A stretch of 64,000 nt of DNA from Felis catus (GCF_018350175.1 NC_058368.1:83330001-83394000), one strand, 5' to 3'; shown: positions 24,601 to 37,880, numbered from the stretch's first letter. Program-made: numbers and translations. The notes: generated from the letters alone by a model not told the origin.

Positions 24601-24728
24601 GGATGGGGGAGAGGGGAAAGTGGGTATTGGGCACTGAGGAAAGCTCTTGTTGGGATGAGCACTTATTGTTGTATGGAAACCAATTTGGCAATAAACTACA
24701 TTTAAAACAATCCATAAAAGTAAACAAA
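21693..24728 (+). mobile_element. Internally deleted L1: long 5'UTR and ORF1 5' part fused to L1 3' end
   Basis: 18-bp TSD aaaataaaaatggagaaa at 21675-21692 and 24729-24746; ORF1 from ~23606; junction to ORF2 C-terminal/3'UTR sequence at ~24161. Confidence 0.85.
22265..22501 (-). mobile_element. Young felid SINEC in L1 5'UTR
   Basis: TSD agcacaggagttta at 22251-22264 and 22502-22515. Confidence 0.97.
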
Positions 24729-24869
24729 AAAATAAAAATGGAGAAAGGAAAAAATTAAATGCAACATTACAGTAGCATAAATTGTGTGTTAATGACAGAA
24801 AAAAAAGTGAAATCAATAAACTCATAAAGATTGATAGAGAAAAAGATGTGAAGGAGCACACCCTCAGTT

Positions 24870-25060
24870 TTAATCTCCACCACAATACTGATAAGTGGTA
24901 TTGTCTTTGATAAATTAATTGATCTCTAAGCTTCAGATTCTGTAACTGTGAAAGATGAAAACACAAAAGAAAAATAAATTTCATCAATTTTTGAGGATTA
25001 AATGATTACACATATACATATTTATTACATATATAAAATAAATTTTGTAAAGCAAAAAGG
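24870..25060 (+). mobile_element. MIR remnant
   Basis: ctctaagcttcagattctgtaactgtgaaagatg and tgaggattaaatga resemble the MIR core. Confidence 0.55.
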
Positions 25061-26098
25061 CTACAAAAATTAATATATTTTACAGAGAAGAATTAATAAT
25101 GGTGAGATTTGAGATTATTTTAAATGTTGGTTAAGATTTTGAGGCATATTACATTTAATAATAAAAGAAGAGGGAAGATGGTGGCACAGGAGGGCGCTGG
25201 GTTCACCTTGTCCTGCTGATCACTTAGATTCCACCCACATCTGCCTAAATAACCCAGAAAACCACCAGAAGACTAGCAGAATGGACTCTCCAGAGCCAAG
25301 TGTAGACAAAAGGCCCAAGGAAGAGGGTAGGAAGGGCAGAGAGGCAGTGCATGCTACACGGACTGGTGGGAGGGAGCTGGGGTGGTGGAGGGGCAGCCCA
25401 CCCAACAAGGTGGAACCCCCGAGTCTGGCTAGCAAAAGTGGAGGGGCCAGACTGCATGAGTTCTGACAGCCAGTGGGACTTAACATCTGGAATGTTATAA
25501 GTCAACAGCGCTGTTCGGAGAGCGGAAGGGCAGGAGGACACCAGGAGGGAGAGGTGTTGAGTCATGGAAGACAGAGCTCAGCTCCATGGGGAACAAAGGC
25601 GCTGGCAAGCACCATCTTCCTCTCCCATCCCCCAGATGAAATCCCAAAGGGAACCAGTTCCCATCACGGAAATTGCTTGCACCTCACAAACACCCAATGC
25701 TGTGCTTCTGTGGATCCATCCCTCTGACGGGTCTTCCTCCCTCCTGGTGCTACAGGGCCCCTACCCCAGGGGACCACCAAGGGCAAAGTAAGCTAAGCCT
25801 GCCCCTCCCGTCCCTGTGCACCTTGCAGATCCACTGTAGCTAATACGCCAGATCCCATCGAAGCAGCAACACAAGCCTGGCAATGTGCATGCAGCCCAGA
25901 CAGGGGCCACACCACTCCACAGTGAGTCCTGCCCTTGGGAGAGGGGAAGATAAGGTACACACCAGTCTAACTGTGGCCCCAGTGGTGGGCTAGGGGCAGA
26001 CATCTGGTCTGACTGAACCCCGCCCACCAACACAAGTTACTCCAGACAGCACAGGGTAAGTGCCCTGCAGTTTGGCGTCACCCCAGGGACTACCCAAA

Positions 26099-26981
26099 AT
26101 GACAAAACGGAAGAACTCTCCTCAAAAGAAACTCCAGGAAGTAACAACAGCTAACGAATTGATCAAAAACGATTTAAGCAATGTAACAGAACAAGAATTT
26201 AGAATAATAGTCATAAAATTATTTATTGGGCTTGAAAAAGGCATAGAGGATAGCAGAGAATCTATGGCTACAGAGACCAATGGACTATGAAATAAGTCAA
26301 GAGGAGGTTAAAAAAGCCGTAAATGAGGTGCAAAATACAATGGAGGTGACCACAGCATGAATTGAAGAGGCAGAGGAGAGAATAGGTGAATCAGAAGATA
26401 AATGGAAAAAAGAGGAAGCTGAGAAAAAGAGAGATAAAAATAGCCAGGAGTATGAGGGGAGAAATAGAGAAGTGATGCTATCAAGCACAACAATATCCGT
26501 ATAATAGGAATTTCAGAAGAGGAAGAGAGAAAGAAAGGGGCTGAAATGTACTTGAACAAGGCATAGGTGAGAACTTCCCTGATCTGGGGAAGGAAAAAGG
26601 CATTGAAATCCAAGAGGCACAGAGAACTCCCTTCAGACATAACCTGAATCCATCTTCTGCACAATATATCATAGTGAAACTGGAAAAATACAAGGATAAG
26701 GAGAGAATTCTGAAAGCACCTAGGGATAAACAGGACCTAACATACAAAGGTAGACACATAAGAGTAGTAGCAGACCTAAATACTGAAACTTGGCAAGGCA
26801 GACGGAATGGCAGGAAATCTTCAATGTGATGAACAGAAAAACATATGCAGCCAAGAATCCTTTATCTATCAAGTCTGTCATTCAGAACAGATGAAGAGAT
26901 AAACGTTTTCCCAAACAAAAACTGAAGGAATTCACCACCGCTGAACCATTCATACAAGAGATCTTAAGGGGGATTCTGTGA
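26099..26981 (+). pseudogene. L1 ORF1p (RNA-binding protein), disrupted
   Basis: MTKRKNSPQKKLQEV... start; stops and frameshifts. Confidence 0.9.
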
Positions 26982-27049
26982 GTGAAATGTTGCAAGGACC
27001 ACAAAGGACCAGAGACATCACTACAAGCACGAAGCCTACAGACATCACA

Positions 27050-30000
27050 ATGACTCTAAACCCTTGTCTTTCAATAATAACACTGAATGGAAATGGACTA
27101 AATGCTCCAAACAAAAGACATAGGGTGTCAGAATGGATTAAAAAAGAGAAGAAGAATAAGACCCATCTATTTGCTGTCTACAAGAGACTCATTTTAGGCC
27201 TGAGAACACCTGCAGATTGAAAGTGAGAGGAGGCAGAACTATCTATCATGCTACTGGAAGTCACAAGAAAGTTGGGGTAGCCATACTTATATAAGAGAAA
27301 CTAGACTTTAAATTAAAGGCTGTAACAAGAGATGAAGAAGGGCATTATATAATAATTACAGGGTCTATCCACCAGGAAGAGCTAACAATTATAAATGTCT
27401 ATGTGCCAAATACGGGAGCCCCCAAATATGTAAAATAATTAATCACAAACATAAGCAACCTTATTGATAAGAATGTGGTAATTGCAGGGGATGTTAATAC
27501 CCCACTTACAACAATGGATAGATCATCTAGACACAGGATCAATAAAGAAACAAGGGCCCTGAATGATACATTGGATCAGATGGACTTGACAGATATATTT
27601 AGAACTCTGCATTCCAAAGCAGCAGAACATACTTTTTTCCCAAGTGCACATGAAATATTCCCCAAGATAGATCACATACTGGGTCACAAAACTGCCCTTA
27701 ATACGTATAAAAGAATTGAGACCATACCATGCACACTTTCAGACCACAATGCTATGAAACTTGAACTCAACCACCGGAAAAAGATTGGAAAACCTCCAAA
27801 AGCATGAAGGTTAAAGAACACCCTCCTAAATAATGAATGGGTCAACCAGGCAATTAGACAAGATATTAAAAAAAATTGGGGCACCTGGGTGACTCAGTCG
27901 GTTAAGCCTCTGACTTCAGCTCAGGTCACAATCTCACAGTTCGTGAGTTCGAGCCCCGCTTCGGGCTCTGGGCTGATGGCTCAGAGCCTGGAGCCTGCTT
28001 CCGATTCTGTGTCTCCCTCTCTCTCTCTGCCCCTCCCCCGTTCATGCTCTGTCTCTCTCTGTCTCCAAAATAAATAAAAGTTAAAAAAAATTTTTTTAAG
28101 TATATGGAAACAAATGAAAATGCAAATACAACAATCCAAATGCTTTGGGTTGCAGCAAAGGTAGTCCTGAGAGGAAAATACATTGCAGTCCAGGCCTATC
28201 TCAAGAAACGAGAAAAAATCCCAAATACAAAACCTCGCAGCACACCTAAAGGAAATAGAGGCAGAACAGTTAAGACACCCCAAATCCCAGCAGAAGAAGA
28301 GAAATCTTAAGGATCAGAGCAGAAATAATATAGAATCTAAAAAATACTGTAGAGCAGATCAACTTGGAAACAAGTTTTGGTTTTTTGAAAAAAAACCAAA
28401 ATTGTTAAAACTCTAGCCAGGCTTCTCAAAAAGAAAATGGAGATGACCGAAATATATAAAATCATGAATGAAATTGGAATTATTACAACCAATCTTTCAG
28501 AAATACAAGCAATTTTCAGGGAATAATATGAAAATTATATGCAAACTGAAACGGGAAGAAATAGGAAACTTGAACAGACCCATGACCAGCAAAGAAATTG
28601 ACTAAGTTATCAAACATCTTCCAACAAATCAGAGTCCAAGACCAAATGGCTTCCCTGAGGAATTCTACCACACATTTAAAGCAGAGATAATACCTACCCT
28701 CCTCAAGCTATTCCAAATAATAGAAAGGGAAGGAAAACTTCTGGACTCATTCTATGAAGCCAGAATTACTTTGATTCCTAAACCATACAGAGACCCAGAA
28801 AAAAAAAAAAAACTACAGGCCAATATCCTTAATGAATACAGATGCAAAAATTCTCAATAAGATACTAGCAAATCGAATTCAACAGCATATAAATAGAATT
28901 ATTCACCATGATCAAGTGGGATTCATTCCTGGGATGCAGGGCTGGTTCAACATTCACAAATCAATCAACGTGATACATCACATTAGTGAAAGAAAAGGTA
29001 AGAATCAGATGATCCTGTCAATCGATGCAGAAAAAGCATTTGACAAAATTCAGCATCCTTTCTTAATAAAAACCCTCAAGAAAGTCGGAATAGAAGGAAC
29101 ATACTTAAACATCATAAAAGCCATTTATGAAAAGCCCACAGCTAATATCATCCTCAATGGGAAAAACTGAGAGTTTTCCCCCTGAGATCAGGAACACAAC
29201 AGGGATGTTCACTCTCACCACTATTGTTTAACATAGTGTTGGAATTTTTAGCATCAGCAATAAGACAACAAAAGAAATTCAAAGGCATCAAAATTGGCAA
29301 AGAAAAAGTAAAACTTTCATTTTTTGCAGGACATGATATAATACATGGAAAACCCAATAGATTCCACCAAAAGTCTGCTAGAACTGATACATGAATTCAG
29401 CAAACTCGTAGGATACAAAATCAATGTACAGAAGTCAGTTGCACTCTGACACACTAATAATGAAGCAACGGAAAGAAAAATAAAGAAACTGATCCCATTC
29501 ACAATTGTACCAAGAAGCATAAAATACCTAGGAATAAACCTAACCAAAGATGTAAAAGATCTGTATAGTGAAAACTATAGAAAGCTTATGAAGGGAATTG
29601 AAGAAGATATAACAAATGGAAAACATTCCATGCTCATAGATTGGAAGAATAAATGTTAAAATGTCAATACTACCCAAAGCTATCTACACATTCGATGCAA
29701 TCTATATCAAAATTGCACCAGTATTATTCTTGAAGCTAGAACACGCAATCCTAAAATTTGTATGGAACCACAAAAGACCCATAATATCCAAAGAAATGTT
29801 GAAGAAGACCAAAGCGGGCAGCATCACAATCCCAGACTTTAGCCTCTACTACAACGCTGTAATCATCAAGACGGTATGGTATTGGCACAAAAACAAACAC
29901 ATAGACCAATGGGATAGAATAGAGACTCCAGAATTAGACCCACAAAAGTATGCCCAACTCATCTTTGACAAAGCAGGAAAGAATATCCAATAGAAAAAAG

Positions 30001-31003
30001 ACAGCCTCTTTAACAAATGGTGCTGGGAGAGCTGGACAGCAACATGTAGAACAATGAAACTAGACCACTTTCTTACACCATTCACAAAAATAAACTCAAA
30101 ATGGATAAAGGACCTGAATGTGAGACAGGAAACAATCAAGAGGAGATGGAAGAGAAAGCAGGAAAAAACCTCTCTGGCCTCAGCTGCAGCAATTTCTTAC
30201 TTGACACGTCCCCAAAGGCAAGGGAATTAAACACAAAAAGGAACTATAGGGATTTCATGAAGATAAAAAGGTTCTGCACTGCAAGGGAAACAATCAACAA
30301 ATCTAAAAGGTAACTGATACAAAGGGCAAAGATATTTGCAAATGACATATCAGACAAAGGGTTAGTATCCAAAATCTATAAAGAACTCACCAAACTCCAC
30401 ACCTGAAAAACAAATAATACTGTGAATGAGAAGAAAACATGAATACACTTCTCTAAAGAAGACATCCAGATGGCCAACAGGCACATTAAATGATGCTCAA
30501 CGTTGCTCCTCATCAGGGAGCTACAAATCAAAACCACGCTCAGATACCACCTCACGCCAGTCAGAGTGGCTACAATGAACAAATCAGGAGACTATGGATG
30601 CTGGCGAGGATGTGGAGAAACGGGAACCCTCTTGCACTGTTGGTGGGAATGCAAACTGGTGCACCCACTCTGGAAAACAGTGTGGAGGTTCCTCAAAAAA
30701 TTAAAAATAGATCTTCCCTATGGCCCAGCAATAGCACTTCTGGGAATTCACCCAAGGGATACCGAGGTGCTGATGCATAGGGGCACTTTTACCCCAATGT
30801 TTATAGCAGCACTTTCAACAAAGGTAAATTATGGAAAGAGCCTAAATGTCCATCAACTGATGAATGGATAAAGAAATTGTGGTTTATATACAGAATGGAA
30901 TACTATGTAGCAATGAGAAAGAATGAAATATGGCCTTTTGTAGCAACATGGATGGAACTGGAGAGTGTTATGCTAAGTGAAATAAGTCATACAGAGAACC
31001 TGA
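27050..31003 (+). pseudogene. L1 ORF2p (APE endonuclease / reverse transcriptase), disrupted
   Basis: MTLNP...[27 protein letters not shown]...HCWWEC; SINE insertion, frameshifts, and a small deletion in the FADD codons (~29325). Confidence 0.92.
27877..28095 (+). mobile_element. SINEC inside L1 ORF2
   Basis: ggggcacctgggtgactcag head, CT tract, A-tail. Confidence 0.93.
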
Positions 31004-31607
31004 AAAACTTAAGACCATGAGGGAGGAGAAGGAAAAAAAAAGGTTAGGGAGGGAGGAAGCCAAAACATAAGAGACTCTTTAAAACTGAGAACAATCTGAG
31101 GATTGATGGGGGGTGGGAGGGAGGGGAGGTTGGATGATGGGTTTTGAGGAGGGCACCTGTTGGGATGAGCACTGGGTGTTGTATGGAAACCAGTTTGACA
31201 ATAAATTTCATATTAAAAATAATAATAATAAAAGGATACTTTTTAAAGCATGAGCAGAAAGCCAAAATAGTGCAAACAAAATGTTAATGATATTTTTTAG
31301 CTGTTTCTAGCTGAATTATTCTTTAAAATCTCAAGGGGATTTATCAACAGACCTCTTAACCCTCTCCTCGAAGAGGCATATTAAAATCAAGAATGATGTC
31401 ATTTATCTGCTTCTGTTATAAACCTAACCTGGTCATATTTCATTGCCCATCTGGATGAAGCTTACAGTTGCATCTGATGATTGATTCAGTCAGAGAAGTG
31501 ATAAACCATGAAAAAGCCAAGGGGTGATTATTGTCCTTGACTTGTTCTGCTTCTGACCATTCTATTAGCTATTGAAACTATTTCTACGATTATTTTACCT
31601 ATCATCT

Positions 31608-31845
31608 TTTTTTTGTTATTTTTTAAATATTTATGTATTTTGGGAAGCAGAGAGAGATAGAGAGAGAGTTTCTGTGGGGGCATGGAAGGGGCAGAGAGAG
31701 AGAGAGAGAGAGAGAGAATTCTAAATAGGCTCAGTACTCTCAGTGTAGAGTCCAAAGCAGAACTTCATCTCATGAACCATGAGATCAGGACCTGAGCTGA
31801 AATCAAGGGTTGGATGCTTAACCAACTGAGTCACCCAGGCACCAC
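31608..31845 (-). mobile_element. SINEC, older
   Basis: Reverse body; flanking tatcatct repeat. Confidence 0.85.
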
Positions 31846-32866
31846 ATATATCATCTATTTTTATTGAGAAAAGGAAATCTACTTTTCCATGTAAAGCTCT
31901 TTATATAATTCATATTTACTGTAACATATTTGGAAATGGATTATCAATTTTCAATTACTGAAGGGATAAAATAATGAATATTATTTGTATACTATTGGAT
32001 AACATGTTTATTTTTGTGAGGAAAAATTTTTTCAGAGGAAGAGTGGCTATATTTACCTTGAGGGGTATTATTTGGGGTAGTTAGACCACTGAAACAAATG
32101 TCTTAAACATATTGATATTTCCCTGTTTAAACTTACAATGCGTTACCTAAAACCCCAATTAAAAACTGTGGAGAGGGGGTTGTGTCTCCAACCAATCTAA
32201 AATAGATTTAGAGAATATTGGTCTCGTTCTTGCTGAGATAGAGTTTGTTATATTACACTTACCACAAGAACTTGAATTTTTTTAATATGTAAAGGAGAAA
32301 ATATGTATGTCATATGCTCTTGGACAAGATTTAAGTGTGGTGCACGATTAAATAATTGGTTTGATGTTTCAAATAAAGATTCAATATTATTTTGCCATCA
32401 CTATCAATGATTCTCCAAGTTGGACATGCACAAAGCTGTTTAAATTAATCTCAAGCAACTGGATAAAGGTAAGAATCAACCTGGAGGCTACTTGCCCTGC
32501 CTAGTACAAACAGCATTCCTTGGTCTGTCAGGTGTCTTGGTTAGGCTATTCAGTGTGGCTTGATCACAGTCATCCTTATTTATAAAATTGCATCAGTGAT
32601 TTGTGAAGTACCCCTAACCACCCTCTTTTTTTCCCTCCATCAACTCAGCAAACAGCTTCAAGGTCTTCAATGTTTTAGATACAGTACCGGTCATTGCTTC
32701 ACTTTGATGATAAATATAGACTAGGTCTGTGGATGATTTTGCAGTTCACTGGACTATTTTTAAATGGTGCACAGAGCTCAGCTTTCATCTGTCAGTTAGG
32801 GTAAAATTTAATAGAGAGATTATTAATCTTTTTGCATTGTATTCTCGACTTGTTGGATATTTTTTT

Positions 32867-33397
32867 CAATATATGAAGTTTATTGTCAAATTGGTTTCCA
32901 TACAACACCCATTGCTCATCCCAAAAGGTGCCCTCCTCAATACCCATCACCCACCCTCCCCTCCCTCCCACCCCCCATCAACCCTCAGTTTGTTCTCAGT
33001 TTCTAAGAGTCTCTTATGCTTTTGCTCTCTCCCACTCTAACCTCCTTTTTTTTCCCCTTCCCCTCCCCCATGGGTTTCTGTTAAGTTTCTCAGGATCCAC
33101 ATAAGAGTGAAACCATATGGTATCTGTCTTTCTCTGTATCATTTATTTCACTTAGCATAACACTCTCCAGTTCCATCCATGTTGCTACAAAGGGCCATAT
33201 TTCATTCTTTCTCATTGCCACGTAGTACTCCATTGTGTATATAAACCCCAATTTCTTTATCCATTCATCAGTTGATGGACATATAGGCTTTTTCTATAAT
33301 TTGGCTATTGTTGAGAGTGCTGCTATAAACATTGGGGTACAAGCGCCCCTCTGTGTCAGGACTCCTGTATCCCTTGGGTAAATTCCTAGCAGTGCTA
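32867..33397 (-). mobile_element. 5'-truncated L1_Fc-like element
   Basis: Reverse complement of 62660-63190; TSD ttgttggatattttttt at 32850-32866 and 33398-33414. Confidence 0.95.
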
Positions 33398-33404
33398 TTG
33401 TTGG

Positions 33405-33590
33405 ATATTTTTTTGAGAAAGACAGGGAGAACATGTATGGGGTAGGGACAGAATGAGAGGGAGAAATACCAAGCAGTCTCCACACTTAGCACAGAGGCTG
33501 GCTTGGGCCTTGATCTCATGACCTTGAGATCATAATCTGAGCTGAAATCAAGAGTCAAATGTTTAACCAACTGAGCCACCCAGGTGCCCT
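33405..33590 (-). mobile_element. SINEC, older
   Basis: Reverse body ending gccacccaggtgccc. Confidence 0.85.
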
Positions 33591-34564
33591 TTGACTTTAT
33601 GGACATTTTTATTAAGGCTTCAGAATCATGTTCAGAATTGTCTACCATTTCAGCACCCCAAAACAAGGGATTGTAATAAATTGAAAATTACAATTAACCT
33701 CTGGATTATCACAAAATGCATTTGAAATTTAAAGATGCTTCTTGAAATATCCTTGCATCTTACTACTTGTAAACTTTTCCCAGAAAGAGAATCCAATATT
33801 TCCTTCCTATTTGCAAAGGGTTTTAAAATGTAACATTTAATATATCAGAAATTTTAAAGAGTTACAAAGCTTTAATCTCCATAAGAGAAAATGTGGAAGA
33901 ATTATTACTAATTGTATTCATAATGGTCAGAGATAATTTATGTTTACTAATCTTATTTATTTTGTATCTATTTTTAGATTCTAGTTTAAATCACATTTAT
34001 ATAACATTCGTCTCTGAGTAGGCAACTGTTACCTCCTTAAGTGTAACCAATTTTAATTTCACTTTGATTTGTCTTTAGAGTCTAAATGACTCAGGCTGCA
34101 AGCAGCAAGATAGAGAAGTCATCAGTGAGTTTCCGTCAGTGACATCTCAGTGGTATGCTGTTTCTCTCTATGCATATTAGTTTCCATTAAAAATTAATTT
34201 TATGTGCATAGAGCATATGACATTTGGATACATAACTAAAGCCTTATCTACTAAATAGCAGTGACCATCTAGAGCCGAGTTTCTCCCTCACACACAGAGT
34301 TATGAAGAAATTAATTTCAACTTGGGGTAGCATGTACTAGATAGAAACAAGATGAGATGCTCCATAGAGGTATGAACCAGTTTGAAATAATACATATTTA
34401 TGTTTATAATTATATTTTATTTACACATCCATTATATATTTATTTAAATTAAATATTCATGTAAAATTAGTATATGTATATCAGTTATTAGTTATCATAT
34501 ACATATAAATACACATAATTAGTATATATACTGTGTTAATATTCATACACAAATCTATGTGTGT

Positions 34565-34779
34565 CTGTCAAAGAGAGTCAAGGTAGCAATACTTATATCC
34601 AAGAAACCAGATTTTAAACAAAGATTCTGACAAGAGACAAACAAGGGCACAATATCATAATAAAGTGATGTATTTACCAAGATTTAACAATTGTAAATAT
34701 TTATGTGCTCATCTGGAGAGCACCCAAATTCATAAATTAATAACAAACATAAAGAAACTCATTGATACTAATACAATAA
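34565..34779 (+). mobile_element. L1 endonuclease-region fragment
   Basis: gtagcaatacttata...acaagagacaaacaagggcac...gatactaatacaataa, homologous to ~59355-59570. Confidence 0.75.
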
Positions 34780-35044
34780 CAGCTATTATTTCCTCAAATA
34801 AATTATCCAGCTTTTTTCCCCCTTTCATTTTCTGGGACTCCTATATGAATATTTTTAAATTTGATGGAGTCACTGAGTTCCCTAAGTCTGTTCTTGTGTT
34901 GCATAATTTTTCTCTCTTTTATTCAGCTTCATTATTTTGCATTATTTTGTCTTCTATATTGCATATTCATTCTTCTGCTTCTTCCAGCCTTGTGTGGATT
35001 GTGTCAATCCTGGTCCTACTCAATTATTACATTTTTCATTTTTT

Positions 35045-35265
35045 TTTAATAAATTTTTTTTTCAACGTTTATTTATTTTTGGGACAGAGAGAGACAGAGC
35101 ATGAATGGGGGAGGGGCAGAGAGAGAGGGAGACACAGAATCGGAAACAGGCTCCAGGCTCTGAGCCATTAGCCCAGAGCCTGACGCGGGGCTTGAACTCA
35201 CGGACCGCGAGATCGTGACCTGGCTGAAGTCGGACGCTTAACCGACTGCGCCACCCAGGCGCCCC
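35045..35265 (-). mobile_element. Young felid SINEC
   Basis: TSD atttttcatttttt at 35031-35044 and 35267-35280. Confidence 0.96.
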
Positions 35266-35280
35266 TATTTTTCATTTTTT

Positions 35281-35520
35281 AAGTATATAAATTTATTTTG
35301 AGAAAACTAGAAAGAAAGAGAGAGAGAAATGGAGAGAGAGAGAGAAAGAGACAGAGACAGAGATAAGGGACAGGTAGAGAGGGAGAAAGAGAATCATAAA
35401 CAAGCTCCACACTGTCAGCATGGAACCTGACGTGGGGCTAGAACTCATGATCTGGGAGATCATGACCTGAACTGAAATCAAGAGGTGGATGCTTACCTGA
35501 CTGAGTCACCCAAGAGCCTC
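35281..35520 (-). mobile_element. SINEC, older
   Basis: Reverse body; atttttcattt repeated again at 35524. Confidence 0.87.
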
Positions 35521-36014
35521 TGTATTTTTCATTTCTGATTGTTTTAAAGCCCTTTCTTTCTTCAATAAGTGCCTTCCCAAAGTATTCCATTATTTTCTCA
35601 AGCCCAGGAAGTGTCCTTATGATTGTTACTTTAAATTCTCTCTCAGGCATATTAGTTTTTCCTGTTTTGATTGTCTCACTCTGTGACCTTTCATAGGTTC
35701 TTTTGGGTTGATTTCCTCCATCTTAACATTTTATCTAAATCTCTGTCTTTTTCTCTGTGTTAGAAAAGTCTATGTTTCCTGATCTTACAAGTAATGGCAT
35801 TATGAAGAGGGGGTCATACAACATCCAGGGCCTAGTGCTTTAGAAAATGTGTGTGCTCTGTGCCTTCTGCTGCTGTGTTTTAGCTGCCCTAGGCTTCACT
35901 TTTCCTTGTGATTTTTTTAAATAACATTTTCTTTCTCTATCTTAATTTATTGTAAAAATGCAATATATAATACATTTAATGTACAAATTATGTTGACTTT
36001 TGATGTTGCCAGCA

Positions 36015-36137
36015 AAAGTTTTGGCCAACATAGTCTATTAGTAGTTAAGCTTTTGGAGAGCCAAAAGTTATACATAAATTTTTAATTGCACATGTGCTCA
36101 GCCCACCTAACACTTGCCTTCTTTAGAATCAATTACA
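36015..36137. mobile_element. Tigger2/MER8-like DNA transposon end
   Basis: ctattagtagttaagcttttggagagccaaaagttatac...cctaacac...tcaattac resembles a recalled Tigger2/MER8 terminus. Confidence 0.55.
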
Positions 36138-36667
36138 ATATTTTATTAAATGGATTATACATCATTATTTTCCCTTTATCAGTTGATGGATATTTTGTTT
36201 GTTTCCACCTTTTGAATATTCTGAATAATGTTGCTTTGTATAATCTTTCTTTGGACATGTGGTTTTATCTTTCTGGGGTAATATTTAACAATTGATTTGT
36301 AGGATTATATGGTAATTCTTTGTTTGCATAACTACTAGACAGATGTCCAAAGCAACTGCAAAACTGGGATTTTACATTCCCAACAGTAGTGAATGAGATT
36401 TTCAATATCAGTACACCTGTAAAAGACTTGTTATTATTCTACAATTTCATTCTATTTGGTAAATTTTATTCTAACCACACATTCTAGTGTGCCAATGGCT
36501 ATCTCATTGTGGTTTCAATTTGTATTTCCCTGACAAATAATATATTGAGCATCTTTCCACATGCACATTCATCATTTATATAACTTCTTGGATTACTGTG
36601 TATTCAATTAGTAACCCATTTAAAAAATCACTTTTCTCTTAATAGTTTGTTAGAGAGATGTAATAGA

Positions 36668-36790
36668 TACATATAGATAGATATAGATATAGATGTAAAA
36701 GATAGATAGATATAGATATAGATATAGATAGATAGATATAGATATAGATAGATATAGATGATATAGATATATGATATACTAGATATTTAC
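36668..36790. repeat. (ATAGAT)n compound microsatellite
   Basis: Direct reading. Confidence 0.9.
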
Positions 36791-37640
36791 CAGATATGTG
36801 ATTTATGAATATTCATTCCAATTTTATATTTTGGAATTACAATTTCTTAATTTTGTCATTTGAAACAGAAGTTCTTAATTTTGATGAAGTCCAAATTTTA
36901 CAGTTTTGCTGTTGTTGTTACTCATAGTATTGGTGCTATATTTACAGCCCTTTAAAAATCTAAGGTCTTCCAGTAATTTTTCATAGAATTTATACTTCTG
37001 TTTTTAATTTAGGTTTTTGATTAATTTTTAGTTAATTTGGTATGAAGTGTGAGGTAAAGGTTAAAATTCACTTTTTTTTTCTTTTTGCAGTGGTTACCTA
37101 TTGTTTAATTCCATATTTTGGACTGATTTTTTTTCCCATTAAAAGATTTTGGCACTATGCTTAATATCAACTAACTATACTCACATGGCTTTATTTTCTC
37201 TTCTTAATTCTATTCCTTTAATCCATGTGTCTATTTTTCACCAGTATTGCATCATTTTTATTATTGTTGCTTTGTAGTGAATTTTGAATTTTGGAAGAAT
37301 GAATCCTCCTATATAGTGTTTTCTAAATCATTTAACTATACATGCCACTACAGATGCATTTTAGAATCAGATTGTCAGTTTGTACAAGAAGTCAGTTGGG
37401 ATTATGATAGAATTTTTGTTTAATCCACACACCAAATTGGGGTGTATTGCTCTCTCAAAAATGTTAAGTCGGCTAACTCTTGAAAATGGGATGTTTTCCA
37501 TGAATTTAGATGTTTCTAGATTTTGTTCAGCCAATATTTTTAATATTCAGTATAAATTTATTGATAATTATATTTTCCCAAGTATTATTTATTTTTCATA
37601 CTTTTGAACATGTTATTATCTTTAATTTAAAAATAGTGTT

Positions 37641-37880
37641 GGGGCGCCTGGGTGGCGCAGTCGGTTAAGCGTCTGACTTCAGCCAGGTGGCGATCTCGCG
37701 GTCCGTGAGTTTGAGCCCCGCGTCAGGCTCTGGGCTGATGGCTCAGAGCCTGGAGCCTGCTTCAGATTCTGTGTCTCCCTCTCTCTCTGCCCCTCCCCCA
37801 TTCATGCTCTGTCTCTCTCTGTCCCAAAAATAAATAAACGTTGAAAAAAAAATTTAAAAAAAAAATAAATAAAAAAAAAT
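37641..37880 (+). mobile_element. Young felid SINEC
   Basis: TSD aaaaa(t/c)agtgtt; long A-tail. Confidence 0.96.

Larger units (their letters stand above)
25168..31222 (+). mobile_element. Full-length L1_Fc-like LINE-1, inactivated
   Basis: ~930-bp GC-rich 5'UTR, ORF1, ORF2, G-rich 3'UTR; TSD taataataaaag at 25156-25167 and 31223-31234; colinear with 57289-63226. Confidence 0.96.
34780..35900 (-). mobile_element. L1 ORF1/5'UTR fragment, interrupted by two SINEs
   Basis: Similar to the reverse-strand ORF1 region at ~1310-1960. Confidence 0.75.
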
